From contig JACTUB010000004.1 in NCBI GenBank assembly GCA_015660885.1, forward strand, positions 62,070 through 126,069: 64,000 bases of DNA, in the 5' to 3' direction. The position numbers and the translations under genes are program-made. A model generated the notes under the pieces. That model was not told the DNA's origin and did no database searches. It saw nothing but the letters and a program-made list of their open reading frames with translations. Below are positions 60,082 to 64,000 of the stretch, one piece after another. The stretch comes from Methanoregulaceae archaeon. Lineage in GTDB: Archaea > Halobacteriota > Methanomicrobia > Methanomicrobiales > Methanospirillaceae. Numbering within the stretch: the stretch's first letter is position 1; each line of letters opens with the position of its first letter.

Positions 60082-60291
60082 CCCGCTACACCAGTAGTCT
60101 TATTTTTTAGTGCGCAAGCCATATGTAATTTGGTTTCAAAACGGGCTGGCACATAAAAATAAGTATTGTTTCCTTATCTCTTCCTGAAATTTCAAGGTAA
60201 CTCAAATATTCCGCGTATATTTTTATGGGTTTCTGGACTTAAAAGAGATGGTTTCGCTATACTGGAATAGTTCTTTTGCCGCTACTTATCT

Positions 60292-60489
60292 TCAGCGGGA
60301 TACCATGAAGTCATACCCCTTTCTAACGATCATGAAGAGAAGAACTCCAAAAAATAGATAGATCACCAAGGGTGGCATAATAACGGATGAAAATGTTTCA
60401 GACGATGGCGTGATATCTCTGGCAAAGTATATAACATACGTTAATAAACCAACAATCAAAATCAAACTCACGAACAACAATTTTTTCAT
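60292..60489 (-). CDS. Small two-TM hypothetical protein
   Basis: MKKLLFVSL... 65 aa; start set at ATG 60489. Confidence 0.5.
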   Translation of the reverse strand: MKKLLFVSLILIVGLLTYVIYFARDITPSSETFSSVIMPPLVIYLFFGVLLFMIVRKGYDFMVSR

Positions 60490-60634
60490 GGTTCGGATGT
60501 CCTTTCCTTTGGATGATTCATTTTCTGATTTTATAAAATAATAAAGTCTGGCGTGGCACCGATGCAATGCATCTCTTCTTCTTGTCCTGCGAAATGATCT
60601 TTCCCAAGTAATTACCTGCAATTTTTCGGGGCAG

Positions 60635-60949
60635 TTACTTTGAGAAGATAGATTTTTTTATGATTCTTTTGTAAAATTTAAAAATTCTATTATCCGGAAC
60701 CGGTAAAAATCCTCGAAGCGGGGCAGGTATACTGCGTATCTCCTCAATGTCCCAGAGACAATTAAGAACCTCGTGATAACCTACCGGGAAAGCTTTCCTG
60801 ACAGCCTCGTGAATGGTATTCTTGAGTTGTGGGGATGACTGTTTTTTTTTTGAGCCGAAAAAGATGCCGTCAAAAATTCCCGTAGAGGTGCAACCGCACT
60901 CCGGGCATCCTGTCCAGGTTGCAGGATACCACTGGACTCCCTGGCACAT
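60635..60949 (-). CDS. Hypothetical protein with a CPECG Zn-ribbon-like knuckle
   Basis: 104 aa; one CxxC motif; start uncertain. Confidence 0.35.
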   Translation of the reverse strand: MCQGVQWYPATWTGCPECGCTSTGIFDGIFFGSKKKQSSPQLKNTIHEAVRKAFPVGYHEVLNCLWDIEEIRSIPAPLRGFLPVPDNRIFKFYKRIIKKSIFSK

Positions 60950-61024
60950 CGGAGCACTGTATTCATCCCTGCCGATTGTCGCAAGGTAACTTACATATTC
61001 CGTGTAAACACATTTGGTACATCC

Positions 61025-62920
61025 ATGGCATCCGAACAGGGAATGAGCGGGATAGACGTTAAGGCAGTGACGTCAGAATTGCGCGAAAAGCTGCCGCTCT
61101 GGATCGATAAAGTATACCAGTTTGATTCCCGGACCCTGGGGATACGGCTCAATGGGGAAAACAAAGTGCGATACCAGATGATTATCGAAGCGGGGAGAAG
61201 AGCACATCTCGTCAAAGAAATGCCGGAACCTCCGAAAAATCCCCCCCAGTTCGCCATGTTCTTAAGAAAATATATCTCAGGCGGGAAGGTACTCGCCATC
61301 CGGCAGCACGGGCTGGAGCGTATCCTTATCTTTGATATCGGAAAAGGTCAGATGATATACCGCCTTATCATCGAACTTTTTGATGAGGGAAATGTCATAC
61401 TGACTGATGAAAATTATACCATTATCAAGCCACTGCGGCACCACCGGTTCAGGGACCGTGAGATTGTTCCCCATGCTACCTATGCCTTGGGTATCACCGA
61501 TCCCACATCATCAAAGGATGCTATGGCCACCCTGATGAAAACTGATGACCGCGATCTGGTACGTTCCCTGGCTATAGGTTGTATGCTGGGGGGCACATAC
61601 GCTGAATATATATGCCGGAAAACAGGTCTCGATAAATCCCTTCCTGCCAGTGCTGCGGATCCGGAAACAATCTATGCGGCTGTGCAGGAACTTTTAGATC
61701 AGGTAGCGCACGCACCAGAGCCGGTTATCTCGAAAAAACACTGCGAACCAATCAATCTCTGGGACGGACAGGATACACAGCATTTCAAGACTTTTTCAGA
61801 AGCTCTCGAAGCCTATTATCCGATGACAAAAGCCGAGAGAAAGACTTCTGATGCACAACCAAAACTAAACAAGGAAGAGCGGATTTTAAAATACCAGAAA
61901 TCGGCGATAAAGAAATTTGAAGAGAAGATCGAAAAGACGGAAGCTGTTGTCGCTGCCCTGTATGAAAATTACCCGTTTGTCTCAGCAATGATCAGAACAC
62001 TGGATTCTGCGAGTGAAACCCTCTCATGGCAGGAGATGGAGAAACTCATCCGTGAGAAAGATTCGGCGGAGGCAAAAAAGATTGTTGCATTCCACCCGGA
62101 AGAAGCAGCGGTTGAAATCGATATCGGGAGACGGGTTAAACTCTATATCCATGAAGGGATCGAACAGAACGCAGGGCGGTATTATGATGTAATTAAAAAA
62201 TTCCGGAAGAAGAGAGAAGGTGCACTCAAGGCGATGAAAACAACCCTGCCGAAGAGAAAAGAGCGAAAGAGGGATTTTATCCTGATGAAAAAATTGTGGT
62301 ACCACCGTTTTCGCTGGTTTGTGACAAGCGACGACGTTATTGTGCTTGGTGGACGGGATGCATCGCAGAACGAGGAACTGGTCAAAAAATACATGGGCGG
62401 CCAGGACCTTTTCGTGCATGCTGATGTACATGGGGCAAGTGTCGTTATCGTCAAAGGTAAAACCGAGCGGATGGATGAGGTGGCACAGTTTGCTGCTTCA
62501 TATTCCGGTGTATGGCGGAGCGGTCACTTCTCCGCAGATGTGTACAGTGCACTTCCCTCTCAGGTAAGCAAGACCGCGGAATCCGGAGAATTCATCTCAC
62601 GGGGCTCTTTTATTGTCCGGGGGGAACGTACTTATTACCGGAATGTGCCGCTGGCTGTCGCTATCGGGCTTATGCTCGAACCTCATGCAGCGGTAATCGG
62701 CGGTCCGCCATCTGCGATCGTAAGAAAAACGAAAGCGTATGTCGAACTTAAACCCGGGCAGTTCGAACCCAATGATGTGGCAAAGAAAGTACTGCGTCTC
62801 CTCAAACAGGAAGTTTCGGGAGAGGAGGAGAAAGCACTCAAAGGCATACTGAACACGGATCATGTTGCGGCATTCGTACCAGCCGGCGGTTCAGATATTA
62901 CGGGACACCATGAAAGCTGA
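61025..62920 (+). CDS. rqcH: Ribosome quality control protein Rqc2/RqcH (NFACT)
   Basis: NFACT-N (IELFDEGNVIL), coiled coil, NAGRYY, NFACT-R (GGRDASQNEELVKKY, HADVHGA). Confidence 0.93.
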   Translation: MASEQGMSGIDVKAVTSELREKLPLWIDKVYQFDSRTLGIRLNGENKVRYQMIIEAGRRAHLVKEMPEPPKNPPQFAMFLRKYISGGKVLAIRQHGLERILIFDIGKGQMIYRLIIELFDEGNVILTDENYTIIKPLRHHRFRDREIVPHATYALGITDPTSSKDAMATLMKTDDRDLVRSLAIGCMLGGTYAEYICRKTGLDKSLPASAADPETIYAAVQELLDQVAHAPEPVISKKHCEPINLWDGQDTQHFKTFSEALEAYYPMTKAERKTSDAQPKLNKEERILKYQKSAIKKFEEKIEKTEAVVAALYENYPFVSAMIRTLDSASETLSWQEMEKLIREKDSAEAKKIVAFHPEEAAVEIDIGRRVKLYIHEGIEQNAGRYYDVIKKFRKKREGALKAMKTTLPKRKERKRDFILMKKLWYHRFRWFVTSDDVIVLGGRDASQNEELVKKYMGGQDLFVHADVHGASVVIVKGKTERMDEVAQFAASYSGVWRSGHFSADVYSALPSQVSKTAESGEFISRGSFIVRGERTYYRNVPLAVAIGLMLEPHAAVIGGPPSAIVRKTKAYVELKPGQFEPNDVAKKVLRLLKQEVSGEEEKALKGILNTDHVAAFVPAGGSDITGHHES

Positions 62921-63941
62921 ATACGGCAAATTAAAGGACAGATCCGGGGAAATCCGGTTATTCCCGGAGAGCATCGATGATCTCTGGCATCTCCGTCACC
63001 TCATCAATGCCGGCGATCTTGTATTTGCTACAACATTCAGGAGTGGGGACGCCGCTTCTGATAAAATCAGGCCGGAGAAAGTGGAAAAAAGGCCTGTCCG
63101 GCTAGGAATCAGGGTTGAGCGTGTGGAATTTTCAGAACACGGCGTCCGGCTCCGTCTTACCGGTATTATTGAACATGGCGTAGACACCGGGGAATATCAT
63201 ACGATCAATGTCGAAACCGGGTTTGAAATTTCCGTGATCAAGCAATGGCGGCCGCTCGATCTCGAAAGGATAGAACGGGCGGTTAAAGCGTCTGTTTACG
63301 GGGTTATTCATATCCTGACGATTGAGGAAGGGGAGGCAGAACTCTTCCGGTTACGCCAGTATGGTCCGGAAAGTATCATCACGATCACCGCCGGAAGTGG
63401 TAAGGGAGGGGAGACAGATACCCGTACGGGTTTTTTTGAACAGGTGCTTTTACCAATCATTACCGTTTCCGGTCCGCTGATCATTGCCGGCCCCGGGTTT
63501 ATCAAGGATGATTTTATAAAATTTGCAAAAAACCGGTCCTGTCCGGCGATTGACCGGGCGATTGTCATCGACACGCGGCGGATCGGGAGAGGTGCAGTGC
63601 AGGAAGTGATCGGTAAGGGTGTGCTCGATACCCTGATAAACGATCTCCAGCTCTCCCGCGAAGTAAAAATAATGGACGAAGTGCTCCTGCGGATCTCGCA
63701 GGATGGCGCAGTTGCTTATGGCCATCGCGAAGTCCGGGAAGCCATTGGGTTTGGCGCTGTTGAACAGGTACTCGTCGCGGATACGCTTCTCCGTAACAAC
63801 GAGATCATGCACCTCATACAAAAAGCCGAGACAATGCGGGCAATCATTGTTGTACTCTCGTCAGGTTTTGAGCCCGGGGAACGACTGATCGCACTCGGTG
63901 GAATTGCCGCACTGCTGCGTTACCGCCTTGCCAGACAATGA
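62910..63941 (+). CDS. pelA: Pelota / aDom34 ribosome rescue factor
   Basis: ESIDDLWHL, GEYHTINV, AGPGFIK, YG..EV and LGGIAALLRY motifs; ATG 62910 overlaps the rqcH end by 11 nt. Confidence 0.96.
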   Translation: MKAEYGKLKDRSGEIRLFPESIDDLWHLRHLINAGDLVFATTFRSGDAASDKIRPEKVEKRPVRLGIRVERVEFSEHGVRLRLTGIIEHGVDTGEYHTINVETGFEISVIKQWRPLDLERIERAVKASVYGVIHILTIEEGEAELFRLRQYGPESIITITAGSGKGGETDTRTGFFEQVLLPIITVSGPLIIAGPGFIKDDFIKFAKNRSCPAIDRAIVIDTRRIGRGAVQEVIGKGVLDTLINDLQLSREVKIMDEVLLRISQDGAVAYGHREVREAIGFGAVEQVLVADTLLRNNEIMHLIQKAETMRAIIVVLSSGFEPGERLIALGGIAALLRYRLARQ

Positions 63942-64000
63942 GAAGGAGCGGGCAGGTTCATTCCATTATTGTGGTAAAACCCTTTCATGTTCGAAAATGG

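Noticed and set aside
60940-60975. Frameshifted first CxxC (QCPMC) completing a Zn ribbon
   Set aside because: It needs at least one hypothetical indel and has no independent support
1-64000. CRISPR array, cas genes, transposases, rRNA
   Set aside because: No regularly spaced short repeats or diagnostic motifs found by eye; the only periodic repeat is the coding 273-bp HAMP unit
1-64000. Pyrrolysine or selenocysteine read-through
   Set aside because: No recognised gene is interrupted by an in-frame TAG or TGA with continuing homology

Overview
Chromosomal segment of a Methanomicrobiales-type methanogenic archaeon (Methanoregula-like; this is inferred from gene content and protein style, not from a search). 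From left to right: the 3' end of a PKD surface-protein gene, two K+ transporters (TrkH, Kup), tRNA-Leu(TAG), TPR and cupin genes, an ACT-hom-HTH/Mmp11-like operon, suhB-nadK and aIF5A. Then a ~39 kb motility region: two archaellins, an inverted AbiTii-like gene, an arlD/E-G-F-H-I-J operon running into cheF-Y-B-A-C-D, histidine kinases, a membrane poly-HAMP MCP with cheW, a cheR-MBL hydrolase pair, and a ParA-led operon of two soluble PAS chemoreceptors with cheW and cheR. The window ends in a ribosome recycling/rescue neighbourhood (ABCE1, EMC6-like, RqcH, pelota). I saw no CRISPR array, rRNA, transposase or integrase. The best leads are (1) a candidate archaeal positioning system for chemoreceptor arrays, made of a ParA with an apparent non-AUG start and an internal amphipathic helix, soluble MCPs and a HubP/FimV-like acidic membrane protein; (2) a ~190-205 bp structured intergenic repeat present twice; and (3) an AbiTii-like gene inside the archaellum locus. 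All family calls come from motif recognition by eye.
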